From positions 36,088 through 100,087 of the IMG/VR virus record IMGVR_UViG_3300002552_000444: DNA of 64,000 nt. One strand, given 5' to 3'. The notes under the pieces were generated by a model, which saw nothing but the letters and a program-made list of their open reading frames with translations, was not told where the DNA came from and did not search any database. The position numbers and the translations under genes were made by a program. Origin of the DNA: a virus (lineage: Duplodnaviria; Caudoviricetes). Shown piece after piece: positions 21,154 through 30,162 of this stretch (within the stretch, counting starts at the first letter, position 1; the number at the start of each line of letters is the position of its first letter).

Positions 21154-21576
21154 TCACCCATTAATTTTAACTCTATTTTTTAATTCTGTTGATGATTTTC
21201 CATGAGAACGGTCAATATAAAGCGTTTTAATGCCCATACAAGCCTCGTAACCTATGCCAGTCCATTCTCGCCCTAGGTAATCTTCGCCTAGGATTCTGAC
21301 ATCATATGTCGTAGTTTGCAAGAGCAACAACAAATCCTCCTCGCTTTCATATGGGATAATTTTGCTGATATTCTTACACATGGAGAGCTTCTTATACCGC
21401 TCATAAACCGATTGAACAGGCTTGTTTTTCCAGCCATTCTCCGGCACAACATTCAAACAAACGATTATCTTTTCGCATTGCTCACTTGCAACTTCGAGCG
21501 TCCTTAAATGCCCGATATGCATTAAATCGAATGACGAACATAACAGTCCGATTTTGAATTTTGGTTTGTTTTCCAT
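21154..21576 (-). CDS. Glycerol-3-phosphate cytidylyltransferase-like (TagD family)
   Basis: SSFDLMHIGH (HxGH), PVQSVYER, C-terminal RSHGKSSTELK. Confidence 0.85.
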   Translation of the reverse strand: MENKPKFKIGLLCSSFDLMHIGHLRTLEVASEQCEKIIVCLNVVPENGWKNKPVQSVYERYKKLSMCKNISKIIPYESEEDLLLLLQTTTYDVRILGEDYLGREWTGIGYEACMGIKTLYIDRSHGKSSTELKNRVKING

Positions 21577-21588
21577 TTCTTCTCCTTG

Positions 21589-22341
21589 TTATTTCAGCAG
21601 TTCTGGAACAGGTTTGAGCCAGTTCTGAAAGTCAAATTTGTCGCCCCCATGCGTTGCGTATGCGTTTTCACCAACAGCACAACTTCGCAAGTGGCTCAAT
21701 TGAAAAAACTGATCGTGCAGTTGATAGACAGTTAAGTCATAGATATTTGCGAATGTGTAGCCAGAATGCGAAGCACACAGTTTTGAAATCATATTGCCAA
21801 GCCGCATCCACTTATTCCCGCTCGTCTTCTTGCCCTGCTCCTTTTTGAACTTTTGCTCCAACTCCCAATATTTCTTGGCTTTTGCATTTGCAAATTTTGG
21901 TTGAGCATTATCTTCCAAGTCAAGGAAATTCAGTTGCAAAATCATACTTCGAACTTTATCGAAATTATCTCTGTCAATCTTTCCAATTTCTTTTGAATCA
22001 CTCGAAGTGACAAAGCAACTTTCAGTCTCGCTCCAACCAACATCTTCAACCATGAAAAAAGAGAGTGCCTCACGAAGCAACTCTCTAAAGTCAAGTTTCA
22101 AAATCGCCATCATATCGAACAATGTTAGACTCTCGTTTTTTGAGAATATGGCAGAATGATTGTGAGGTAAATTTTTTAAGAACTCTTCCTTATCCCAAGA
22201 CAAAATGGCAATGTAGATGTTATATGCTGAAAATCCTATTCCACTTGACCCCAACTCTTTTAAGCGCGGCGAGCGAAAGTATCCTATGCCCTCAACAAAA
22301 ATTGGCTCGCCCGAAAGCAAGTCTTCATAAGAAAACCTCAT
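21589..22341 (-). CDS. Phage tail assembly-type protein
   Basis: NIYDLTVYQLHDQF motif, position in tail operon. Confidence 0.6.
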   Translation of the reverse strand: MRFSYEDLLSGEPIFVEGIGYFRSPRLKELGSSGIGFSAYNIYIAILSWDKEEFLKNLPHNHSAIFSKNESLTLFDMMAILKLDFRELLREALSFFMVEDVGWSETESCFVTSSDSKEIGKIDRDNFDKVRSMILQLNFLDLEDNAQPKFANAKAKKYWELEQKFKKEQGKKTSGNKWMRLGNMISKLCASHSGYTFANIYDLTVYQLHDQFFQLSHLRSCAVGENAYATHGGDKFDFQNWLKPVPELLK

Positions 22342-22841
22342 CGCACACCACCTCTATAATTGAACTCTGGAATTTCATATTCCAATTCTTTGATTGTGAA
22401 GTCTTGTGGCGCAGATAAAGTTTTCACACTCCTGAGCGACAACTTTCCAATTCCAAAAACATCTTGAAAATTCAAGAGCCTATCGACATATCGAACAATG
22501 TTGTCACGACGATTCCCCATCACACTTGGAAAGGTTTGACTTGAAAGATTCATGAATTGTTTGTGACACGCAATCGAGATATAGAGTCGCATTCCCTTGA
22601 TTCTCATATTCTGAACACTCGGCACATCAGCCTCTGCCCAAACAAATGCGGCAGTCTCGGTTATAGTTCCATCGACATATTGATAGGTGAAAAGGTTTTT
22701 ATCAAAACAATCGTCCTTGTGTTCATCTTCCACATCGCTAACTGCGACATTGCGGATTAGTCCAACGCAGTGCGTGTCCTCGCTAATGAGTTTAATTGCT
22801 CGTGCAGGATATGATACTATTTCATCGAGAAAAGTTTTCAT
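22338..22841 (-). CDS. Putative tail terminator
   Basis: Start refined to ATG 22841 (GGAGG). NRRD...VDRLLN...GIGKL pattern and position. Confidence 0.6.
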   Translation of the reverse strand: MKTFLDEIVSYPARAIKLISEDTHCVGLIRNVAVSDVEDEHKDDCFDKNLFTYQYVDGTITETAAFVWAEADVPSVQNMRIKGMRLYISIACHKQFMNLSSQTFPSVMGNRRDNIVRYVDRLLNFQDVFGIGKLSLRSVKTLSAPQDFTIKELEYEIPEFNYRGGVR

Positions 22842-23571
22842 TGTGTTGCTGCCTCCTAGATATTGTTGGTTGTGGTGGATCACCTGTTGACTCAAAAAAG
22901 TCGCAAACCATTTCGTCAATTTTATCTCGCTCACGATTAAAAACATCATTTTCCATTCTTAATTTCAAAAGTTTATCGCCCTCTGAAAGATTTCCACTTG
23001 CCCTATCAATGAAAACAGTTTTCAAAACGGTCAAGATTTCTTCTTGTTGACGATTGAACTCGTGTCCTATAGCAAAGCGTTTATCAACATAGATTCTATT
23101 TGTCGCTTCATCAAACGGCAAAAACATTCGCCATCGCCCTTGCTCCAATGGCAAGGCTTGACTTCCCCCGACTACATAACTGCCATCATCAAGAACAACT
23201 CGCCTCTCGTGAATTTCGGAAGTGTTGTTTTGAAAACGAATCGAGACATTGCAAAGCCACGCTCTCGCAAAACGAATACTGTGTTCGTCAACAAATCGCT
23301 CCACGACAAGCCAACGCTCGCCGAACGCATCAACATAATCACCCGCAAAAATCTCGTCACCGTCACGCATGGTTATGCGAATTTCTTTCGGCTTGAGCCT
23401 CACCACCAATAACGGATGCGGCTCATCGTTCAAAAGTGCGTCTTTTAGTAGTGCCGCGCTGTTTCGCTCAATTATGAGCAGTGAGTTTCTTGCAAACTGC
23501 TCGACATGATTTTGTTTTGCTTGAACACTGTCACCTAGCAATTCAATTTGCTTATTCAAAACATTACGCAT
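22822..23571 (-). CDS. Putative head closure/neck protein
   Basis: GDY...WLV...CN..IRF pattern, position after connector. Confidence 0.6.
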   Translation of the reverse strand: MRNVLNKQIELLGDSVQAKQNHVEQFARNSLLIIERNSAALLKDALLNDEPHPLLVVRLKPKEIRITMRDGDEIFAGDYVDAFGERWLVVERFVDEHSIRFARAWLCNVSIRFQNNTSEIHERRVVLDDGSYVVGGSQALPLEQGRWRMFLPFDEATNRIYVDKRFAIGHEFNRQQEEILTVLKTVFIDRASGNLSEGDKLLKLRMENDVFNRERDKIDEMVCDFFESTGDPPQPTISRRQQHNENFSR

Positions 23572-24103
23572 TGAAATTCCTCCGCCTTATGCAAAGTCTA
23601 TCGAGATTGGAATGCCGAAAACTGTATGAAGTAATTAACCCACGAAAATCTCTTCTAATCGCCGCTCTCAACTCTCGAAGTTCTTTCAAAAGATTTGCTG
23701 GTGAATATGAGTTGAAGTCCTTGTTGTGAAGGATATTTTTCATGTGTTCGGACTTCAAGACTTGAGATGAAAGCCAATGAAAAACAATTCCTGTTGCAAG
23801 GATCTGAATCTCCTCTTCGCCGAGTTCAACATCAAAAGCATATTTTTCAATTGGCTCAACCTCTTCGTCCTCTTCGAGATTCTCGTCACAATCATCATCA
23901 ACAACTGTATCGTTAAGAGTTTCCACCTCTATGATCCTTCGATAAGTCAATGGAAACCTTGACGAATTTTGAAAGTCAACGATTGCTGAAATCAAGTGTT
24001 GAAAAAGAATTTCACTTCGTATGCTTTCCGAAAATGAGATATGAGCGAAGTCAGAAAACTTAAAAATCGCCCTCTCAAAAACTTGCTCAAAAATTGTTCC
24101 CAT
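23564..24103 (-). CDS. Putative head-tail connector
   Basis: MGTIFEQVF...EIQILA...KDFNSYSPANLL pattern, position. Confidence 0.65.
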   Translation of the reverse strand: MGTIFEQVFERAIFKFSDFAHISFSESIRSEILFQHLISAIVDFQNSSRFPLTYRRIIEVETLNDTVVDDDCDENLEEDEEVEPIEKYAFDVELGEEEIQILATGIVFHWLSSQVLKSEHMKNILHNKDFNSYSPANLLKELRELRAAIRRDFRGLITSYSFRHSNLDRLCIRRRNFNA

Positions 24104-24117
24104 TGCTCACTCCTTCG

Positions 24118-24732
24118 CTACTCTTTGCTTGTCAAAGTCACTCCGAGCGCATCTTCAAACGCTTTAATCTTTTTCACGCTATCTAGCGCACCGCTCTCAA
24201 TAAAGCCGTTCAGGGCTATTACAAGGCTTTCTCGGACACCTTGATTCATGAGTTTGACGCGTTCAGCGATTTCTTTCTCGCTCCACGAACAAATATTCTT
24301 GAACGAGCCAACTTCCAACATGTTCTCATAAAACCTTGTGATTCCGAGTTGCTTGTAGACATCTCCGAGCTTCGCCTCGCTATCCGATGCCGCATTGACG
24401 CCGAGAATAATTACCCATTGTTTCTCGAAAAACTTGAGCATTGACGCTTTCATAGCGCGAAGTTCACGCATTGTCAGTTGTTGCGTTTCGCCACATTTTT
24501 CCCAACGAATCGTGCCGTCTTTTCCCGAAAACACAAGCACACCAAAAACATTCGACTTGACATCGACAATAACATCATCACCAATCTTGATATTCTTTGT
24601 CGTGTCCTTCAAGTTGATTTTCGCGGGCGGCGTCTCCTCGACGATTTCGTCTAACTGCTCTTTCGCGCTCTCTTCAATTTTCTTGTCTTCATCTTTTTTT
24701 GCTGAAGCATTTTTTCTTTGACTATTTGCCAT
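24118..24732 (-). CDS. Phage head-associated protein
   Basis: Directly downstream of MCP; start refined by AAGGAG RBS. Confidence 0.6.
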   Translation of the reverse strand: MANSQRKNASAKKDEDKKIEESAKEQLDEIVEETPPAKINLKDTTKNIKIGDDVIVDVKSNVFGVLVFSGKDGTIRWEKCGETQQLTMRELRAMKASMLKFFEKQWVIILGVNAASDSEAKLGDVYKQLGITRFYENMLEVGSFKNICSWSEKEIAERVKLMNQGVRESLVIALNGFIESGALDSVKKIKAFEDALGVTLTSKE

Positions 24733-24779
24733 TCTTAAATTCTCCTTCGTGGTCACAACCACAAAACAACAACCTCGCT

Positions 24780-25769
24780 CTATGCGAGGTTGTAAACTCC
24801 TAGTGGCGCTGACGCAACCACTGCCAATCCCATGAGTTGAGCATACGCATACTCTTGCGTTAGGTCAGCATTATCAAGCGGATTGCCCTCAATAATCAAC
24901 CCTTCACCCTCGTTGACGAATTTGATTGGTCTATCGTCCGACGCCAAAATCAAAAGACGGTCATTCGATAAAATGAATGAGCCGTCTTTGTTCGTCGCTT
25001 GCTTCATGACAACCATGTCCGTTCCGTTGAACTTCCCATAGAAGCCCGCATCATACATGCTAGATTTCGCAACCTCTCCTTCAGCGTCAGTTCGCACTCG
25101 GCGCAATGCCAAACGAGTTCCAACAATCTTTGCTGTCTTTCCTGTGATCGCCTCAACTCTGTCAATCAATCTCACAAGTTCTTCTTCATCAAAAGTTCCG
25201 TTGACAACAAAGTTTGCATTCATTCCTTGCGTAGCCGCACCAATTGATTCAATCGCTGTGTGAATGTCTTTGAGAGCCTGTCTAGTGAACGCAGTATAGA
25301 CCGCCTCGACAAGTTCTTCAAAAGAAATGCGACCCGCCATGAGTCTGTCAAGATCTTCATAGACTTTGACGATTTTTGTTTCAGTTTCTACCCTTAGAGT
25401 GTGACGCCCCATCAAGCGTTGTCTGCGAACAGAGCCAATCCCACGAGCAACGCTGCTCACCAACAAGTCATTGATATTCTTGATGATGAACTCATTAACA
25501 TCGCCAAGCGCAATGTTTCGATATTCAACAAGATTCATCATGAGCGGGTCGCTTCTCAGTCCCGTTTCAATCATGACTGGCAAAATCTCTTGAACCAACT
25601 CGAAAAGAGCATTTCCACGATGAAAATTTTTGCGATTGATTTTGTCACTCCCGCCATTCAGTTCGATGAATGCTTTTCTAAGCGCATCGCTCGTTTGTTG
25701 TGAGCTGAACTTTTCAACTCTTCCCTCAATGGCATCAATCGCCACCTTTAGAATTCCTTTCTTATCCAT
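24780..25769 (-). CDS. Major capsid protein
   Basis: 329 aa, VEYRNIALGDVNEF...RRQRL pattern, position downstream of protease and decoration genes. Confidence 0.82.
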   Translation of the reverse strand: MDKKGILKVAIDAIEGRVEKFSSQQTSDALRKAFIELNGGSDKINRKNFHRGNALFELVQEILPVMIETGLRSDPLMMNLVEYRNIALGDVNEFIIKNINDLLVSSVARGIGSVRRQRLMGRHTLRVETETKIVKVYEDLDRLMAGRISFEELVEAVYTAFTRQALKDIHTAIESIGAATQGMNANFVVNGTFDEEELVRLIDRVEAITGKTAKIVGTRLALRRVRTDAEGEVAKSSMYDAGFYGKFNGTDMVVMKQATNKDGSFILSNDRLLILASDDRPIKFVNEGEGLIIEGNPLDNADLTQEYAYAQLMGLAVVASAPLGVYNLA

Positions 25770-26268
25770 TTACACCTCCAACTTCAATGACAACAAATGT
25801 GTTGCCATTTGTTTCAATTTCAACATCAATGACTCGTCCGATAACCGTTGCAACCTCTGTAGCACTCAGCCTGATTCGAGTTCCGCTTACCAAGCAAGCA
25901 AACAGACCTCTCGCTGGCTCAACGCTATCCTCACTCAAACACTCAGTTGTGATGCTGAAAATGTCATGTGCGTTCAAACGATACCCTCGAATGAGCGTTC
26001 CTGCTCTGTTGAAAAAATCAAAGATGTCATGTTCTGCCACATCTCGAACAACTTCAGGTGTTGCACAAAGCGCCAACCTCCCAATCGCCGTTCCAGTCGT
26101 TGGAACACTTGCCGTTCTCACTTCACGAGTCGAGTCTTCATACTCATCAATCGCCAAAAGATGTCCGTTGTCAATATCCTCATCGTGTCGAATCGAAACC
26201 AAGAAACTCCCAAGTTTCGTTCCCGCCATATTATCGGTGCGCACCACACCATGTCTTTCATTTGCCAT
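25762..26268 (-). CDS. Putative capsid decoration/stabilising protein
   Basis: IDNG...R.Y.L...DIFSIT pattern immediately upstream of MCP. Confidence 0.6.
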   Translation of the reverse strand: MANERHGVVRTDNMAGTKLGSFLVSIRHDEDIDNGHLLAIDEYEDSTREVRTASVPTTGTAIGRLALCATPEVVRDVAEHDIFDFFNRAGTLIRGYRLNAHDIFSITTECLSEDSVEPARGLFACLVSGTRIRLSATEVATVIGRVIDVEIETNGNTFVVIEVGGVNG

Positions 26269-26341
26269 TTTTTCTCCTTCAATAGAAAAACGCATCTCCA
26301 AACTTTAGAAATGCGTTCAAACTATTATTAAATTTTTTATT

Positions 26342-26671
26342 TTAATTCTTTATCATTTTCAAGTGTCTTGATTGATCCATTGTTCCATGCAAAACCCTAA
26401 TCACATTAACTTGTTTTTTATCCTCGTCAACAAAGTAGTGAGCGATATGGCTAATGCAAACCAACTCTCGGTATCCCAGTCTTTTCAACCTTTTTTCGGT
26501 GTGAGGCCTTCCAAGAAACGGCTCCTTTTCCAAAAGAGCAAGTTTTGCAATAACATCGTTGTGGTATTGATTTGCCCTTTCAATACTGCTTTTTGCAACA
26601 AATTCAATCGCTCCAACTAGGTCAAGCGCAGCAGAATCAACAATCACCAATTCATATTTTTCGTTCTTCAT
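26342..26671 (-). CDS. RelE/ParE-family toxin
   Basis: AALDL..I.F...P.LGR...GYR.LV...VIRVLHG. Confidence 0.88.
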   Translation of the reverse strand: MKNEKYELVIVDSAALDLVGAIEFVAKSSIERANQYHNDVIAKLALLEKEPFLGRPHTEKRLKRLGYRELVCISHIAHYFVDEDKKQVNVIRVLHGTMDQSRHLKMIKN

Positions 26672-26685
26672 TCGTGTCCACCTCC

Positions 26686-26955
26686 CTACGCTTGGCTCGC
26701 AATCGCCTCTTTCATCATCGTGCTAACTTGCGACAATGTTTTGACTCTACCATGCTTCAAATCTTCTTCGCCTTCACTCAGTTTTTCATATAACTCCAGA
26801 CGAGACATTTGCCTGTCGTATTCTTCCATTGACATAAGAACTGTGTCGCCTGTTCCGTTTTTAGTCAAAAATACAGGCTGGTTTGATTCTTTCACAAGCC
26901 TCGATATTTCAACATAATCATTCCTAAGCGCCGATGCTGGTCGTATATTTGGCAT
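26686..26955 (-). CDS. Phd/YefM-family antitoxin
   Basis: IRPASALRN...PVFLTKNG...VLMSMEEY. Confidence 0.92.
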   Translation of the reverse strand: MPNIRPASALRNDYVEISRLVKESNQPVFLTKNGTGDTVLMSMEEYDRQMSRLELYEKLSEGEEDLKHGRVKTLSQVSTMMKEAIASQA

Positions 26956-27065
26956 AATTTTACCTCCATTATTTGTGAGCAGTCACAACCACCCTCTCAA
27001 TATATTATCCAAATTATATCATAATATTGATAATATTTCAAGTGTTTTTGCAAAAGTTTTGAAAA

Positions 27066-28427
27066 TTATTTTTGCACCAAATATTTCTCCATGAATTCAT
27101 CATGGAGTTCGTTTTTTGTTGTTTCAGTTTTTTTGCCAATGTCAATTGGTATTTTTGTTGCGCTTTTGCTGGTGGAAAAGCATTCATTTTTTTGCTCAAT
27201 TTTCCTTTCCTTATGCTCAGTATACCATGTTGTCAAAATTTCCAATTGTTCTCTTTGATTATCAAGAGCGACCGATTCTGCAACCGTTAGCCATTTGACA
27301 ACCATGTTTTCAAATGACATTATATCAATCGTTGCAACTTCGTTCGCATCAACTTCATATGACATTCTGCCTTTGGTCAAGACTCCACTAGGGTGTTCAT
27401 CATTGATGAACAGACGCTCAACATAGACAAATTTGTCATCAAAATCTGCAAGAGAATATGTCAAATACACTTCGTCAGTGTAGACTCGCATTGCATATAA
27501 CGCACTTGAAATCGCTTCTCGTTTTGCATTATAGGTTGTCGCAAATTGATATTCTTTTGCTCCCTCCACACGCATACCCTCGCCATCGCCTTTCTCATCG
27601 TTTTCACCGCTTTCGTGCGTTATAGGTGCATTTAACGGCATATCTAAGCATTTTCTTTTCGTTTCAGTAGATTGATAATCTTTTTCATTATCTTTTTTAG
27701 CCACTTCATCATTTTCCTCCTTGATATTTTTATCGTCAAAACAATGCTTCAATTTCTCTCGCATCGTTTCAAAATTTAGTGCTTGCTCATTGTCAAGTTC
27801 AAAGTTATATGGAACAACTTTCGCCTCTGGAAAACAAGGCGAATAGTCGAAGTTTTCGTCATCAGATTTTCCCAAAAGACACAGTCCAGAAAAGGAAAAC
27901 TTATTGATGTGAATAAAGTCTTTGTCACTTTCAGTTGTTCCTCTAACTACCTCATGCGCTTTGATTTCCATACTTTGCCCAAACCATAAATTGTCGTTAT
28001 ATATCGCTTCTTTCAGTTGCGGATATCTGTCCGTCCAGAGAATAACATCTGCAACCATGTAGGTTTTTGTTTCGCCATTTGACTCAACCACTTCTTCATA
28101 GGCAATGTTGTTATTTTCAGGAACTACACCAAAAGGAACGGTCAATACTTTGTGCTTCAGTTTTCCGCTCTCGTCTTTTTCAAGCGCAATATCGTGACCG
28201 CCCATGCGGTGATTCCCGTCATCATCGACAAACACATGTCCAACTACTGGAACATTGAAAAGCGTCTCAATGGCACCGTCTGCCGCTTCTTTTGAAATGA
28301 TTGATTTGTTGCGGTTTTTACCAAGAGCCATGACATAGCACTTACACAAAGTAAACTCGTTGTTCAGCGGTTTAATAGGTCTGATTCTTGCGTTAAAATT
28401 TATCCTTGCTTTTTCCAATCTAACCAC
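27066..28427 (-). CDS. Prohead protease/scaffold
   Basis: GKNRN.S.I, PVVGH, GQSMEI, FSGLCLLG...PCF motifs, position after portal. Confidence 0.75.
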   Translation of the reverse strand: MVRLEKARINFNARIRPIKPLNNEFTLCKCYVMALGKNRNKSIISKEAADGAIETLFNVPVVGHVFVDDDGNHRMGGHDIALEKDESGKLKHKVLTVPFGVVPENNNIAYEEVVESNGETKTYMVADVILWTDRYPQLKEAIYNDNLWFGQSMEIKAHEVVRGTTESDKDFIHINKFSFSGLCLLGKSDDENFDYSPCFPEAKVVPYNFELDNEQALNFETMREKLKHCFDDKNIKEENDEVAKKDNEKDYQSTETKRKCLDMPLNAPITHESGENDEKGDGEGMRVEGAKEYQFATTYNAKREAISSALYAMRVYTDEVYLTYSLADFDDKFVYVERLFINDEHPSGVLTKGRMSYEVDANEVATIDIMSFENMVVKWLTVAESVALDNQREQLEILTTWYTEHKERKIEQKNECFSTSKSATKIPIDIGKKTETTKNELHDEFMEKYLVQK

Positions 28428-28620
28428 CTCCCCCGAAAGTCAAAGCATTGTCTTCAAAAATTTCAATGTGACTATATTTGTGAATCAACATTTTCCGCAA
28501 ATCAATCGTATCTTCAAAAACATAAACTTTAAAATTCTTGTTTCGCTTCTCAACAGTAAAAGCGAAACCGCTCTTGCTTAATGCACGAGCGGTCTTATCA
28601 TCTAAAATTTTTACAAACAT
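28420..28620 (-). CDS. Small hypothetical phage protein
   Basis: 66-aa ORF with RBS between portal and protease. Confidence 0.6.
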   Translation of the reverse strand: MFVKILDDKTARALSKSGFAFTVEKRNKNFKVYVFEDTIDLRKMLIHKYSHIEIFEDNALTFGGGG

Positions 28621-28635
28621 TTTTTCCTCTCCTTG

Positions 28636-30153
28636 CTAACGATTTCCGTTAGCGTCATTTGCGCGAGTGCTTTCGCCCTCACCGCTCAAATCTTCTTCAT
28701 CAGACTCAGGTCTTCCTGCACCACTTTCACTTGATGTCGTGTAAGAGCTTTTTAGTGGTGTCAAAGTTTCCTCAAGGTTTAAGATTGTTTTCTCAATTAA
28801 ACCAAGACCCAAAATATCATATTGCGAAATGCCGACTGCCGCCATGTAATATGACTTTCCAATTCCAAAGCTCGCCGCCGACTTGTAACGGTCAATCCAC
28901 TCTTCTATATTGAAAATCGTTGTCGGCAAAAGGTTAATCTTGAATGAAGTTGTTCCACCCATCTCAGCCTTTAGGTAGCGATTAACCAGTCTTTCAACTT
29001 GTTTAACGACCCCTGTGACATACGATTCGTCATTTTTGATGGCAAGTTTAGTGACACCCGCCGTTGCATTTGTTATCCCATGCAATAATCCAGAAGTTCC
29101 TGCCGCCATCCAATAGTTTGATGTCGCTTCCAAAATCTCTTTCGTCTCATGTAAGTTGCCGCTTTTGTCGAAATTGAACGAATGAAGTTTGAAGGGCGTC
29201 ACCGCAAGTCCAACTCTATCGCCGACTGCATTTGCAAGGTGCGAATAGTATTTCAAGAACTCATCGAATTCAAGTAGCGGTCTACCCTCTGAATCAACTG
29301 GTGATTGAGCACCAATCATTTTGTAGTTGTTGTTTTCCCTATCTCGCTCCGCCAGATCCTCAGCTTCAGCAATCTTGAACAGCTTCGGCAAAATCGCCGC
29401 AAATGGTGGTAATGAATACTCCATAGTGCTTGGGTCTGCTTTCACACATACTGAAATCTCACTCGGAACTTCTTGATAGTCATCACCAGTTTCTAAATAT
29501 TGCAAATACATATCTTCAAATTCTGGCGGATAAAATTTCAACTTCTCTTCTGGAATCTTCGACATATCCACAGAGTAAAGAAAAGTCCCATCAGAAATTG
29601 ATGTGACTCTGCAATACTCTGGCGGTATTCGCTGAACAAAATATGAGTTTTTGTCTTTCCAGCGAGCCCCATAGAAAATACCCTCACGAAGAACAACTAT
29701 TAAAATCATTCGCATTGTTTCAGGCATTGTCATGAGTTCAAGTAGATGAGCAGTCTTGTAGAATTGTTTTTCAAAACTGTCTTTGATGTTTTCAGGAATA
29801 AACTGAAATGGCGAAATGACATATTGCCATAATGGAATTCCCGCGTAATACGCAATGAGTCTTTGGTAGTGCATTGAAGTGAGATACATAAAGACACTCG
29901 CTCTTCGCAAGTTCGTCTCATTCCTTTGCGGATTTTGCAACCACGACAGGATTGTTTCCTTGTTGTAGCGCGAATACGGCTGTGATGCCGATGTTCTCAC
30001 ATTCGAGTCGAATACGATTTGCCTAATCAATTCTCTTGCAAAAAGCATTTGCTTTTCCGCATCTTGCGGATTTTGACTAGCATATGCTTTCGTAATTTTC
30101 TCAACCCTCTCGAACAGGTCTTGGTCATACCGTTTTTTCTTTTTTCTACTCAC
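28636..30153 (-). CDS. Portal protein
   Basis: 505 aa right after TerL, C-terminal PLKSSYT...AGRP. Confidence 0.82.
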   Translation of the reverse strand: MSRKKKKRYDQDLFERVEKITKAYASQNPQDAEKQMLFARELIRQIVFDSNVRTSASQPYSRYNKETILSWLQNPQRNETNLRRASVFMYLTSMHYQRLIAYYAGIPLWQYVISPFQFIPENIKDSFEKQFYKTAHLLELMTMPETMRMILIVVLREGIFYGARWKDKNSYFVQRIPPEYCRVTSISDGTFLYSVDMSKIPEEKLKFYPPEFEDMYLQYLETGDDYQEVPSEISVCVKADPSTMEYSLPPFAAILPKLFKIAEAEDLAERDRENNNYKMIGAQSPVDSEGRPLLEFDEFLKYYSHLANAVGDRVGLAVTPFKLHSFNFDKSGNLHETKEILEATSNYWMAAGTSGLLHGITNATAGVTKLAIKNDESYVTGVVKQVERLVNRYLKAEMGGTTSFKINLLPTTIFNIEEWIDRYKSAASFGIGKSYYMAAVGISQYDILGLGLIEKTILNLEETLTPLKSSYTTSSESGAGRPESDEEDLSGEGESTRANDANGNR

Positions 30154-30162
30154 AAAACCTCC

